A DNA stretch of 63,931 nucleotides, filler included, from Bigelowiella natans CCMP2755 (lineage: Eukaryota; Protista; Cercozoa), in the NCBI GenBank assembly GCA_000320545.1. It is 6 parts of 6 records of this genome, joined end to end, with 100 filler letters (N's around TTAATTAATTAA, not from the genome) between each part and the next. Parts side by side here need not be neighbours in the genome. Positions count along the whole stretch, not along the records: positions 53,050 to 59,944 come from ADNK01001058.1; positions 60,045 to 62,293 come from ADNK01001684.1; positions 62,394 to 63,931 come from ADNK01003703.1; 3 more parts are not named here. The stretch is one strand, 5' to 3'. Shown here one piece after another: positions 52,950-63,931 of this stretch. Position numbers and translations under genes: made by a program. The notes beneath the pieces are model-generated. The model saw nothing but the letters and a program-made list of their open reading frames with translations. It searched no databases and was not told the origin of the DNA. Position 1 is the first letter of the stretch. Each line of letters starts with the position of its first letter.

Positions 52950-53049
52950 NNNNNNNNNNNNNNNNNNNNNNNNNNNNNNNNNNNNNNNNNNNNTTAATTA
53001 ATTAANNNNNNNNNNNNNNNNNNNNNNNNNNNNNNNNNNNNNNNNNNNN
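52950..53049. other. Assembly gap/linker
   Basis: N block with TTAATTAATTAA. Confidence 0.97.
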
Positions 53050-53199
53050 GGGTTAAGGCGGGAGGGTTGCAGGCCCGTTGTTGGATGCGTCGTCCTTGCT
53101 TCATGCGTGGCACACACGGAGCGAATGCTAGCTTATTGACGATGATGATGATGGCGATGATGATGATGGCGATGATGATGGCGACGATGATAGTGACGG

Positions 53200-53231
<32 letters not shown>

Positions 53232-53237
53232 TCGTAG

Positions 53238-53879
53238 GTTTTCAACGGGGACATGGGCTACATAACGAGCGTCAACTCGAAGGAGCGCAGGCTCACTGTC
53301 AGCTTCCCGAACAAAACAGCAGCCGCCACAGCTTCCTCCGGGCCGTCATCGCCGTCGTCGCGGAAAGCATCATCAGCTGGCATCGCCGCAGCCGCCAAGG
53401 CCGCAGCGGCCGCCAAAGCAGCCGCGGCGGCGGCTGCAGGAGGAGGCGGCGCTGCGATGAGGCGCAAGCAAAAGGCAGCACACGTCCACACGGTGGAGTA
53501 TCAAGGCATGAGCTTACGTGAGTTAGAGCCTGCGTGGGCAATCACCGTGCACAAATCACAAGGCTCCGAGTACCCTGTCGTACTGATTCCGGTCGCTTTC
53601 TCCCATCGGCCTCTGCTCAACCGCCGCCTGCTCTACACCGCCCTGTCGCGCGCCAAGGCGCGCGCGATCTTAGTGGGGCCCCGCGCGGCCATCGCCGCGG
53701 CCGTGGAAGAGGTGGGGGAGATGCGAATGACGGACCTGGATGAGCAATGGAAGCAGAAGTTCAGGGAGGAAGAAGGAGAAGGGGCTGCTGCCCTGTCAGA
53801 GGAGGAGGAGAAGGATGGGGGTGAAGCTGCGAGGGGGAGAGGGGGGGGAAGGAAGAGGGAGAAGGGGGAAAGAGCATAG
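53238..53879 (+). CDS. RecD2-like SF1B DNA helicase, last exon (UvrD-like C-terminal domain)
   Basis: VFNGDMG, AWAITVHKSQGSEYPVVLIP, LLNRRLLYTALSRAK. The exon starts after a TAG acceptor preceded by a microsatellite-rich intron. Confidence 0.88.
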   Translation, partial: VFNGDMGYITSVNSKERRLTVSFPNKTAAATASSGPSSPSSRKASSAGIAAAAKAAAAAKAAAAAAAGGGGAAMRRKQKAAHVHTVEYQGMSLRELEPAWAITVHKSQGSEYPVVLIPVAFSHRPLLNRRLLYTALSRAKARAILVGPRAAIAAAVEEVGEMRMTDLDEQWKQKFREEEGEGAAALSEEEEKDGGEAARGRGGGRKREKGERA

Positions 53880-55080
53880 CAACTCTCCAAAGGCAGGGGC
53901 AGTTCCTGGTCGAGAAGAACAACGATCACCGTGTAAATCAAGATGACTTCATCTCCTCCTCCTCCTCCTCCTCCTCCTCCTCCTCCTCATCCTCATCCTC
54001 ATCTTCTACCACGACAACAACGATTGAGCTGGCAAACGTCGGGAGAAGCATATCTTCGTCAGTGTGAGAAAGAGAAGGAAGGGGAGGGGAGGGATTAGCG
54101 TATGTGGCTTCTTCCCGCCAAAGATGAGGATATGCATCATATCCCGGACGGAGTATCTTCGATCGAGGAGAATAGTAGGAGCGATGAATCACGGGGCACT
54201 AGATGTGCCTCCATTTCTCTGACCAAACGTGCGCATATATGTAATTAATAGCAGCAGTGTAAACAGAAAACCTTAAGAAAAAAGAAGAATATGAAGCAGC
54301 CATCGAGGCAACAAAAGTGGGGGCGGAACGAATACGTCACCTCACCTGTCGGGATTCGAGGCACGACGGTGTATGAGCACATCTTTAAAAAAGTGTCCAT
54401 CATTGCCGCCACGACAATAGTCTAGAAGTGGCATTTGAGGAAGACGAAAAGTGTATTAACGAGCGCACGCAAATGCTTCTGATCATGTGTAGATAAAAAC
54501 ATCCCCCCCAGCTGCTGATAAAAATTTTGTTTTTCATATAACAGCTGATTGTCTATTCTAGCAGTACGTTGTCGTTTTCTACCGATACGCGATGCGTACC
54601 TTGCATGCTTGTTCGTGCGTGGCATCACTTGCACATGAGACCAGCTACAAGCGCTGCATGTGACATACTAGCATAGTGAGTAGCTAGTAGCATCGGGCCG
54701 TAGGTAGATAGCTCCATGTTAGGATGACCCTCGAAAAAATATAATAATTGTTTCACCACATCCGTCTTTTTTGTTCATTTTTGTACGGAGACAAACAAGC
54801 TGTAGCAGCCGCAGCATTGCAAAGCTACAATAAGGATGATAATTGAAAAAGCAATCAATATTCATTACATCCGCTCTGGTATGTACATGTACATATATGT
54901 TTATGATCTTCAGCTCCATTGCTCCCCCTGCTATTTGCTATTTGCTTTATCTTTGAGTAGTTCATAAATCTCTTCCAGCATCATCGGCCTTGTCAATATA
55001 TGATACGTCCTTGCACGCTAGCACGTATAGTATATAACAGTATACAAAATAGAGATTGGACGAGTGACCAATCAATCAAA

Positions 55081-58000
55081 CTACACCGTGCACTCCTTCC
55101 CCCCCCTTCCTCTTCCTCCTCCTCCCATCCCGCTCCCTTGCTTTTGCATGAGCAAGAGCTCCCTCTCCCTTTTCGCGTCTTGCATCTTATACATGTCCTC
55201 CTCGTCCTCCGCGGTGACGATTCTGCTCTTCCGAAGGCACTCCTCGCTGAAGCAACAGCGCAAGAACCACACCACCTCCCCCACCCCTCCTTCCGGCCCC
55301 GCGACGAGCAGAAACCCCATGAAAAAGAGCAGGGAGAATGTGAGCGAGAACGCCACCGTCGCCGCCATCAGCGCTCCCATCGTTGGGAAGAACAGGTGCT
55401 GCGTTCCGAGGAGAGGCAGCGCCGCCCCGAAGGAGGTAATCCCGCCCGCGATGACCGTTCCGCCCATCCCAACCGCCGCGTGGTTGAAACGGGAAGCACG
55501 GTCGGGCAGGCCATATCCATGATAGGCGTCCATGAAGCTGTGCCCGAGATGGATCACGTAGTCCACCGAAAACCCGATGACGATGACGCCGGCGATCGCC
55601 TCCGCGATCCCAAGCTGGTTGCCCTGCCAAACAATGGTTGCCAGCACCGACACGACGATGAAGAAAATAGTCCCGATGGCGACGAGCGACAGCACCAGGT
55701 TTTGCGTGCTGGCGAGCATGACCGCAAACGCCACGGGGAAGCAGATGATCAGGCCTTGGTAGAAACCGGCCACGATGCCGAGCTCGGCCTCCACGCCCAC
55801 CCACACGGGGGAGGCGGAGAAGGTGTCCCCCATTGAGAACCGGTCTGCGCCTACACTCCTCGCATAAGCGTTCACCGCGTCAGCGAAGTCGTCGGCCGTC
55901 TCTCGCGCCTCGGCCTTGTCAACCGTGGACTCGTCCGTCTTTATCGACGTGTAGAAGTCGATTCTCACGTAGCGCAGCTCCCCGCCCACGAACCCGATCA
56001 GGGCTAGTTTGTCAGGGCGGCTGAGGCCATCGTCCGCCTCGGTGTCGGCGCCCCGATACGCCATTAGCTCGGAGAGGAACGTCTCCCTCGTCGCCTGCGT
56101 GGTCGTCATGTTGTTGCGAGAGAGAAACCACGACTGGAAGGAGGGCAAGAAGCACTTGATGGCGCCGGGGGAGGGGAACATGAGCGTGCTGAAGCTGCAC
56201 GCGGAGTCCGAGCACGAGAAGCCCCTCGCGGTGTCGCAAGCGAAGTTGAAGGTCTGCTGCGCGGCCGCGGGGTAGAGGTCAAACTGACCAGAGAACCTCA
56301 CCTCCCCGCGGTCCTGCCCGGGCTCGTACACGTTGAAGTCTCCTCGGTCAAACCTATCGATCCCAAAGGGGTACCTCACCTCCGCGAATTGGCTGAACTC
56401 CCCCGCCAAGAAGTCCTCCGAAATCTGCTCGGGCACGATGACGAGCATGTTGTCGTCGGGGAGAAACTGCGCCGACTCGTCGGGCGGCTCTAGGAAGAGG
56501 GAGAACGCGAACGACACCCAGCCGTATGCGAAGAGCGCGGCCACGATAGCCATGGCTACGAGGTAGTAGCGGCCTCTCTTTACAGTCATCAGAGGAATGT
56601 AGGCGCTAGCAATGAACTTATCGAGCCAGTCCTCCGGGTGGTGCTCCTCGCTCTCAGATGCCTTTCTCTCCATCCCCCCATGTGGCGGCTGCTCTCCATG
56701 CTGCTCGTCGTTCGCGTTGTTGTGCTTGATCTTTCTGTCCCCCCCCTCCTTCCCCACCACCACGTTGGTGCCGCTGCCGGAGTCTCCTCCCCCCCCCGCA
56801 GCGACGAGGGCAGCCTTTGAATCAATGCTCGCAATGCTCCTCCCCACGCTCAGTCTCGTTGCGATCGTAGCATCAGATGTACGGGTTCTGGGTCCAACGA
56901 TTACACCACCGCCGCCTTCTCCATCAGGGGGGCGTTTCTTGCTGTTACTACTGCAGCTACTGTTTTGAGGACGCCTCTTTGTATCATCATCGTCGTCGTC
57001 GTCGTAATGAGCACCATTCCCTTCCTCACCGCCTCCTACGACTGCTGCTGTCGTTATGTCATCGTTCACGCCACCCTTCTTCTTCTCCCTCGAATGGCAC
57101 TCCTCTTCCTCCTCCCTCTTGCCCTCCTCCTCTTCCTCCTTCTGCCCCCCCACGCCCCTCCCCTTCCCCTCTTCTTTTCCCTTGCCATCGCCGAGGAATT
57201 CGACGTCCTGGTCGCGCTCCGTGACGAGCATCTCGTAGATGTCGTACATGCAGCACTGCCTCTTGACGAACAAGATGTGGTTGGTGAGTAGGATGGCTGG
57301 AATGAGGGAGATCACGAGGAGGAAGTTGAGAAAGATGGCGGTCGCCGCTAAGATGCCGAACGTGGAGATGGGCATGATGGGCGAGATAGAGGTGGCGAGG
57401 AAGGACACAATCGTCGTGAACGATGTGGTGAAGATGGCTCCGATTGTATTTGTGAAAGCGATCTCCATCCTTTGGTTATTTTGTTGTTACATTGCTAAAG
57501 GTTCATTCGTAATTTTGATGAAGATGCTGCTACTTCTAGCACTACCGCTTTTCCAAGATGGCATCTTCTTCTTCACCGAGCTGCTCCATTTCTTTGATTT
57601 CCTTTGAGTCCTTGCTACATCATGGATTGGGGGTGAAGAGTGTTTGTTTGTTTGTTTGTTTGACAGCGGGGGGGAGGGGGGGATCGATAATATCACTGAC
57701 GACGGCATATCGGCACAAATATCAAGGGGAAATCGATGATAAATGACTATTTATTATTTGAAGCAAAAACGTATCATCATCCTGATCATGCAACACCACC
57801 ACCACCACCCTGAGTAGTACCTAAATCGCCAGCCGTCGTACATGACGAAGACGTCATCAGCTCCAATGCCGAGCACGAGGAATATTACGAGAATATGGAT
57901 GAATTGGAAGTAGGGAACCTGTCGTCATTGAGGACGAGGAGGAGGGAGAAGAACAGAAGAGAGAAAGAAAGAAAGAAAGAAAGAAAGAGTTGAGGTAGGC

Positions 58001-59151
58001 GCAGGGGCGGCGGTGGCGACGGGCAATAATAAAAGACCTTACGTGATAAGATCAAAAAGTCCCCCCCCCCTCTTTTGTCTTTTGGCTATTCCCGTATATC
58101 ATAATAATAGTGTTGATAACACGGGGAGGGAGGGGTATTATTGCCACAGGGATAGTGACAATGATGATGATGATGATAACGATGACGATGATTGATGAAA
58201 ATCGATGCCAACTGATGATGGAGAACCTGGAATACGCTTCTGTAGACAACAATGGCCACGGGGAGAGACATTAGCACCTTTGTAGCCATGCATACGCGCA
58301 TACACGCACGCACGCACACACAAACACACACGCACACACAAAGCACTACATCAGTATTGATTTGTTGAAGCAACAACGAGTATGTCCATGTTCTGTTCCC
58401 CACGCCTCCCTTTGAATCTATCGAAGGACATCTGCCATCTTCCCTCCCGAATGAAGGAGGATGATGAACGTGTATCCGCGGTACGGCTTAAACGCGGCGT
58501 AGTTGAGCACACATCTAAAAGATGGTCATCGTCGTCGTCGTCGTCGTCGTCGTCTTCTTCTTCTTCTTCTTTCTACGTGGTTGGCCTGCTATATATTGCG
58601 ACTTGCAGCATGCAGAATGTGCCGAGGAAAAAGCTCTGCATCTGCGCCAGCATCCACGCGTAGACGAAGCCGAGAGAGAGGATGGCGAGCATCACGTCTC
58701 CGTTAGCAATCTCGCCTTATTTCCGTTGGGTGGGGGTGGCAGGTAGCAGCAAGTAGCAACGATTGAGTAAGTAGAAACCTTTCGATGCAGTGCACACGTA
58801 ATATCGATGATATATAGTGATTGTAGCGGCAGCAGTGCAATATGTCAGCTGCAGGATAATAAAGATCGTTAAGAAGATGGTGACACGACCAGCATCATCA
58901 TCCATCATCATCATTATCATCATCATCGTCGTCGTCGTCTATTGCACCCATCATCACTTCAGATTCAATAGCAGAAGCATCCTCCCCCTTCCCCTCCTCC
59001 ACCACTTCCACTATGTTACCTGACTCGATGTCCACCAATGGCTGCGAGTACCACTTGACTGTCAGGTCCCCTCTCGTTTGCTTTTCTCTACCACAAACAG
59101 CAGCAGTAGTAATAGTAGCAGCAGTAAGTAGCAGTAGTAATAGTAGTGTAA

Positions 59152-59183
<32 letters not shown>

Positions 59184-59541
59184 AGGAAGTAGAAAAACAG
59201 ATGAATTTCGAATTAATGAGACCGGCTGCCACCCCCCTCACAACCGTGCCTTCTCCCATATCCGCACATATCCACCTGCCATGCGTATCAACCACATCCT
59301 ACTACACGGCACGGTAGCAGTGTCACACACCACACACACACACACACACTCACACTCACACTCACTCTCATTCACTCACTCACTCATATTTCTCACACAC
59401 ACATTACGCATACACAGATTACACACTTTGCACCTGTACGCGCTAAACAGCCACCTCGATTCCATGTCAAACGCATCAAAATAGTCTGTCTTGACGTCGC
59501 GGTAGTACTCGAGGAAATCTTGCTGCTGCTCGGATTCCTGG

Positions 59542-59579
<38 letters not shown>

Positions 59580-59640
59580 CTCCGCTCGTCAGGCGAAGAA
59601 CTTCTATTTGTAAACTTAGAGGCGACATTGCTCTCTCCTT
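55081..59640 (-). CDS. Dispatched/Patched-family RND membrane protein with sterol-sensing domain; 5' part lost in gap
   Basis: FLVLGIGADDVFV (GxxxDD), TTSFTT..SFLA, PISTFG, IGFSVDYVIHLGH (GxxxD) and multiple TM segments. Terminal exon of about 2.4 kb plus small upstream exons. Confidence 0.9.
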
Positions 59641-59747
59641 CGAGAGGAGCGGGGGGGGGGGGGGGGGGAGGGGCCAAGCAGCCAAAATCGACGTCCCCCC
59701 TAGAATGCAGGAGCCCCCACGCGCCGCATATACAACATATAAAAAAT

Positions 59748-59792
<45 letters not shown>

Positions 59793-59944
59793 CTATATGG
59801 GGGGGGGGGGGTGGGAAAAAAAAAAGAGGGGGATACCTTACTTTTACCCAGGCAGCAGTGGGGGGGCCCCTAAGGGGGGGGGGGGGGGATATCCCCCTCC
59901 CCCCCCGCTATCAAAATAAAATTGGTGCTATCCCCCCCCCCCCC

Positions 59945-60044
59945 NNNNNNNNNNNNNNNNNNNNNNNNNNNNNNNNNNNNNNNNNNNNTTAATTAATTAA
60001 NNNNNNNNNNNNNNNNNNNNNNNNNNNNNNNNNNNNNNNNNNNN
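59945..60044. other. Assembly gap/linker
   Basis: N block with TTAATTAATTAA; homopolymer-rich flanks. Confidence 0.97.
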
Positions 60045-60319
60045 CCCCCCCTTTCCCCCCCCCCCTCCCAGGAAACCCGGTTCTTTTTTTGGCAATTTCG
60101 ACGCGCGCGAAACAGGAGGAGACGCGCCTTCATCTCTTGAAATCGCGCGCTCCCCTCTCCCCCACACCCCAGAGAACTTATCCCCGAGTGCGCGCGCAGA
60201 GCAACACACAAAAAATCTGCGCCCCACACCCCCACCCCCCCCCCCCCCCCCCCCTTTTCTGTCCCTCTCGGTTCCTACGAGGCAGCACACACTCTGATCT
60301 TTCTATTCCTATGCTTTCA

Positions 60320-61220
60320 GCCTACATCCCAGTGAGTATCAATCTCTCCTTCGAGGACAAGTGGCAGGTCTTTGAGCAGACTCCATGCATGCACACCACG
60401 ACGCCAGCAACCTAAAAAAGCCGAACACGCGCGCGGCGCAAGCGCAAAAGACCGAACGAAGGCCTTTTTACCAAGACAGCCTAAGAACAAGAATGAGCAG
60501 TGGCATCATCAACGTGCATGAGACCGGGGGGGGGGGGTAGAGGATGGGGGTGAGGGGCGGAGATATTAAGCATGCTGCTCTGCTCGCGCACTCGGGTAGA
60601 AGTTCTCTGCCGTTTGCGGGAGAAGGAAGCGCTCGATTCCAAGCGATGATAGACTCCACTCTACCCCTCCCGCGCGCACGCCACATAGGTCAATGAGCAC
60701 AAGATGAGGCAAGGGCGACGCCGTGGGGGGCGGTCACTGACAGCGGCAAGCAGCCAGGCGGCTCCGTTCAAGCACAGCAGCAAAATCGTAAACTTTTTCG
60801 AGAAGCGACTTGCTGTTAAGATGCGCTTCCCAAGGCTTTTCAGGTATTGCCACTAGCGTGGTGATAATAATGGTAATAGTAGTAGTAGTAGTAGTGGTGG
60901 TGGTGGTGGTTTCACAGCAGCAGCAGCAGTTCAGGCGATAACAGCGTCGTCCTGCGATTGGAACATGCGGCTTGTGATTGATCGCTGTGCATCGGATATG
61001 CGGCATGCTGTGTTCGAGCGATGGCCACTAACAAACTGCACGTTTGCCTTGCCAAATGTTGTGTGTGTGTTGTTGTCGTTGATGCTATTAGGCTGGAGAC
61101 CCGCTCTGTATCACCATCCTCTTGCAAGTAGTGAAGAGATATCGAAAACACGATGACTGCGAGCGGGACGAGACATGGGATGCAGTATTCACATCTCGGG
61201 TTGATGATGATGATGGCTGA
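60320..61220 (+). CDS. Hypothetical protein, 3' exons
   Basis: Short AG..GT-bounded segments such as DALPKAFQ| and AITASSCDWNMRLVIDRCASDMRHAVFERW. No family recognised. Confidence 0.3.
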
Positions 61221-61316
61221 GCGCAGTGATGGTATTGCGTGCACATATGCAGCACGTGTCTAGGCAGGTCCTCGATATTAGTTATTAGCTACAAAACTGG
61301 TGCTTATATAAATATG

Positions 61317-61355
<39 letters not shown>

Positions 61356-61362
61356 CGGATGT

Positions 61363-61367
61363 AAAAA
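61363..61367 (-). terminator. Pol III oligo-T terminator of tRNA-Ser
   Basis: TTTTT on the minus strand, 11 nt downstream of the tRNA 3' end. Confidence 0.6.
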
Positions 61368-61378
61368 TGTACAGTCTG

Positions 61379-61460
61379 CGACGCCGACAAGATTCGAACT
61401 TGCGCGGGCAATGCCCAATTGCTTTCGAGGCAATCTCCTTAACCACTCGGACACAGCGCC
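61379..61460 (-). tRNA. tRNA-Ser (anticodon CGA)
   Basis: 82 nt. Acceptor stem GGCGCTG/CGGCGTC, D-arm TGTCCGAGTGGTTAAGGA, anticodon arm ATTGC-CTCGAAA-GCAAT, long variable arm GGGCATTGCCC, T-loop GTTCGAATC, discriminator G. Confidence 0.96.
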
Positions 61461-61468
61461 AGAAAGAT

Positions 61469-61509
<41 letters not shown>

Positions 61510-62293
61510 CTTTACTAGCTTATATTTACGTAGCTTGCAGTCGTAGTCGGCGTGCGCGTACAATGATGATCCAGCAGCTTGCTTTCTAGCTTTACTCACC
61601 CATATTTCAAAGCATAAACATTTTCTAGTTTTGCATGTGCGCTGCTTGTTGCAGCTACAGCACGTGCTTAGTTTTAGTGTGTGTATGTGTGAATAAATGT
61701 ATGCGTTTTATTGTTGCTAACAGCAAGCAGACAACAAACAACGTAACATCATGGTTACATGCTAGCATGTGTTACAGACATTACTCTGTCCATCTAGCTA
61801 TGAACGTGATGTTGTGTGTGTATGTGTACGTGTCATCATGTACACATTACATTGCTGTGTCATGTCAATGATAATCAAGTTAGCATGCGATAAACAATTC
61901 GAATGTGCTACACTAGCTAGCACAGACAAAATGCATTTTGCTTCACAAGTAGTAGCAGGCGCTGTACGAGTGCGTGCAAAGCTCAAGAAACGGTGCGCAA
62001 ATAATTCACATGTGCATGGTCGTTCAGACAATTAGCTAGCTAGGAAAAAAAGGCTGCATTCATGGATTTTTGATCTCGAGGATGTCGATCGATCCAGCGC
62101 ACTAGCGCGCGCGCTCGATGTGCAGCCGCACGCGCACAATCACTTCATGCTTGTGTGATTCCCACAAACACATTCAATGCAGTTACTACATTCCATTTTC
62201 TAGTTCTCATCATTCCACAGTACATTTTTGTTGTTTTTGACTTCATGCTGCAACAGCAGGTATTTGCTCACTCGACCTGCCTCCCCCCCCCCC

Positions 62294-62393
62294 NNNNNNN
62301 NNNNNNNNNNNNNNNNNNNNNNNNNNNNNNNNNNNNNTTAATTAATTAANNNNNNNNNNNNNNNNNNNNNNNNNNNNNNNNNNNNNNNNNNNN
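62294..62393. other. Assembly gap/linker
   Basis: N block with TTAATTAATTAA. Confidence 0.97.
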
Positions 62394-62797
62394 TGGTGAT
62401 GTGGCAATGGTTCTATCTGAGTAGCGATATTAAGCTGCGGCAGCTGGGAGAGAAACCTTCGTAGTAATGATGATGTCCCCGTGTGATCAATCCTCCGAAT
62501 CTAAATCAATGGCAAACAATAGATGATATCGTATTGAAGCTCAGCATTTTCATCGTCATTCAAGCATGAATAACCTTGATGGGCATTTCCTCTATTACGT
62601 ACACGTCCTCAGTATTCCTATTGCCTTCATAGGATGTACGATGTTGTTGATTCAAACTTAGTAGTAGCAATGTTTGAGTGCATAGTACGAGTTTGTGGTA
62701 TTATCTTCTTGTGCGTCTGATGTAGAGTAGTAGTAGCGTCGTCTGGTCGTGAATAGTTTTGCACCCATGCCCTTGGTTCATGATGATGGGGAGATCT

Positions 62798-62831
<34 letters not shown>

Positions 62832-63288
62832 GAAGGAAGAGTCGTCCGACTCATATTTCCCCCCCCCCCCCCCCCCCCTCCTCTCCCTAGAACACCCCTC
62901 CTGTTTGCCTTGCCCCTGTCTCACAGAATGCGGTGTGTAGATCCCACGATTCAGCCCGTCGAGGTAGATCATCCTGCCCACAAACAAGTCCCTAGCAAGG
63001 AATTTAAGGCCAGCATGTTCATTGGTCAACCCCCGTGCTTCGATCACCAACAACTCAACTTCGCCCCCCACCGTCTGTTGTCTCATGCATATGAGCATTC
63101 CCCCCAATATGATTAGCATGGCCGCATCAATGTGTGTGTGTGTGATATACTACCAGAGAAGCACATGGGGCCATTCTTCAGCAATAAATCCATCCACCTG
63201 GAAGTTATGATGTGTTTGTTATGCATCATTCACTTTCCCGTAACCCCTCCTTTCTTACCCTTCAACTACTCCGCCCCCCCCCCCCTCC

Positions 63289-63382
<94 letters not shown>

Positions 63383-63599
63383 CGACCTTGGGACTACCTA
63401 AACACTACGACTACGAGAGAGAGAGAGCGAGAGGGAGGGGGGGGGGGGGGGGGGGGGGTTTCGTCTAGCGTCGCTTGTGGATGTAGAGTGTAGGTCTGGT
63501 GCAGGGGGGGGGGCGCAGGAAAGGCTGGGGGGGGAAAACCCTCTCCTAAAAATTAAAAAAGAAACCCCCATGACACCGCGCCTTTCCTATGTGTCATAT

Positions 63600-63860
63600 G
63601 CAAATGCGGGATTGCTGCCTCCGACACACTGGTATATTTATATCTGTGGTTTGGAGATTGCATGGACGGTTCCTTCGTTGCCTTCGTGGTTTGCTGGCTT
63701 GTTGAAGCGCCACAAGGAGCTTATGGACTGGCTCACGACCATGAGACCAAACGTTTACTGGCTGACCGGGTTTTTAACCCTCAGGGATTCCTGAAGCCAT
63801 GAGGCAGGAAGGTCACTCTTCCACATGCAAAGCAAACTGGGGCTCTGGACGAGGGTGGGA
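63600..63860 (+). CDS. Axonemal dynein heavy chain C-terminal-domain fragment (frameshifted, low-quality sequence)
   Basis: SLPSWFAGLLKRHKELMDWL..RPNVYWLTGF, then across indels NPQGFL..AMRQE..WALDEV, the conserved dynein C-terminal motif. Confidence 0.75.
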
Positions 63861-63931
63861 CCCCTTCACGAGGGTTACTTTGCCCTGCACGAACACGGGA
63901 CAAACACAAGAGAGGCAGTCAGGGATGGGAA

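Noticed and set aside
62632-63204. Possible exons (DPTIQPVEVDHPAHKQ, EKHMGPFFSNK)
   Set aside because: No recognisable family, and they cannot be linked to the dynein fragment; too weak to annotate.
63770-63931. Frameshifts in the dynein fragment as a pseudogene or recoding signal
   Set aside because: The region lies at the window end next to homopolymer-rich low-quality sequence, so sequencing error is more likely.
1-63931. Transposons, CRISPR arrays, rRNA or viral genes
   Set aside because: No transposase, reverse transcriptase, terminal repeat, spacer array or rRNA-like sequence was recognised.

Overview
Intron-rich eukaryotic nuclear DNA: six contigs joined by five 100-nt N linkers containing TTAATTAATTAA, and dense in microsatellites. 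A nuclear green-type RbcS with a signal peptide plus transit-like leader points to an alga with a secondary green plastid, most likely a chlorarachniophyte (inference). Manual splicing supports these genes in order: two hypothetical genes, an HSL-family esterase (-), an MLO-like protein (+), a histidine-phosphatase-domain protein (-), a secreted mucin-stalk protein (+), RbcS (-), BCAT (+, 20 exons), a ZIP metal transporter (-), an ammonium transporter (+), glutamate-cysteine ligase (-), an Asp/Asn beta-hydroxylase-like protein ending HDEL (+), a PebA-like bilin reductase (-), cystathionine gamma-synthase (+), phosphatidylserine decarboxylase (-), a RecD2-like helicase (+), a Dispatched-like RND protein (-), a hypothetical gene (+), tRNA-Ser(CGA) (-) and a dynein heavy chain fragment (+). 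Four observations stand out. (1) The RbcS carries a 67-aa Q/G/S/Y/P prion-like C-terminal tail, a candidate built-in Rubisco condensation (pyrenoid) module. (2) The ZIP gene encodes its TM6-7 hairpin upstream of the metal-binding TM4-5 hairpin, so it is scrambled or permuted. (3) Gene orientation alternates strictly, with distinct sequence signatures in convergent versus divergent spacers. (4) The PebA-like enzyme has a natural Asp-to-Asn change at the central catalytic position. All exon models were read by eye and need RNA confirmation.
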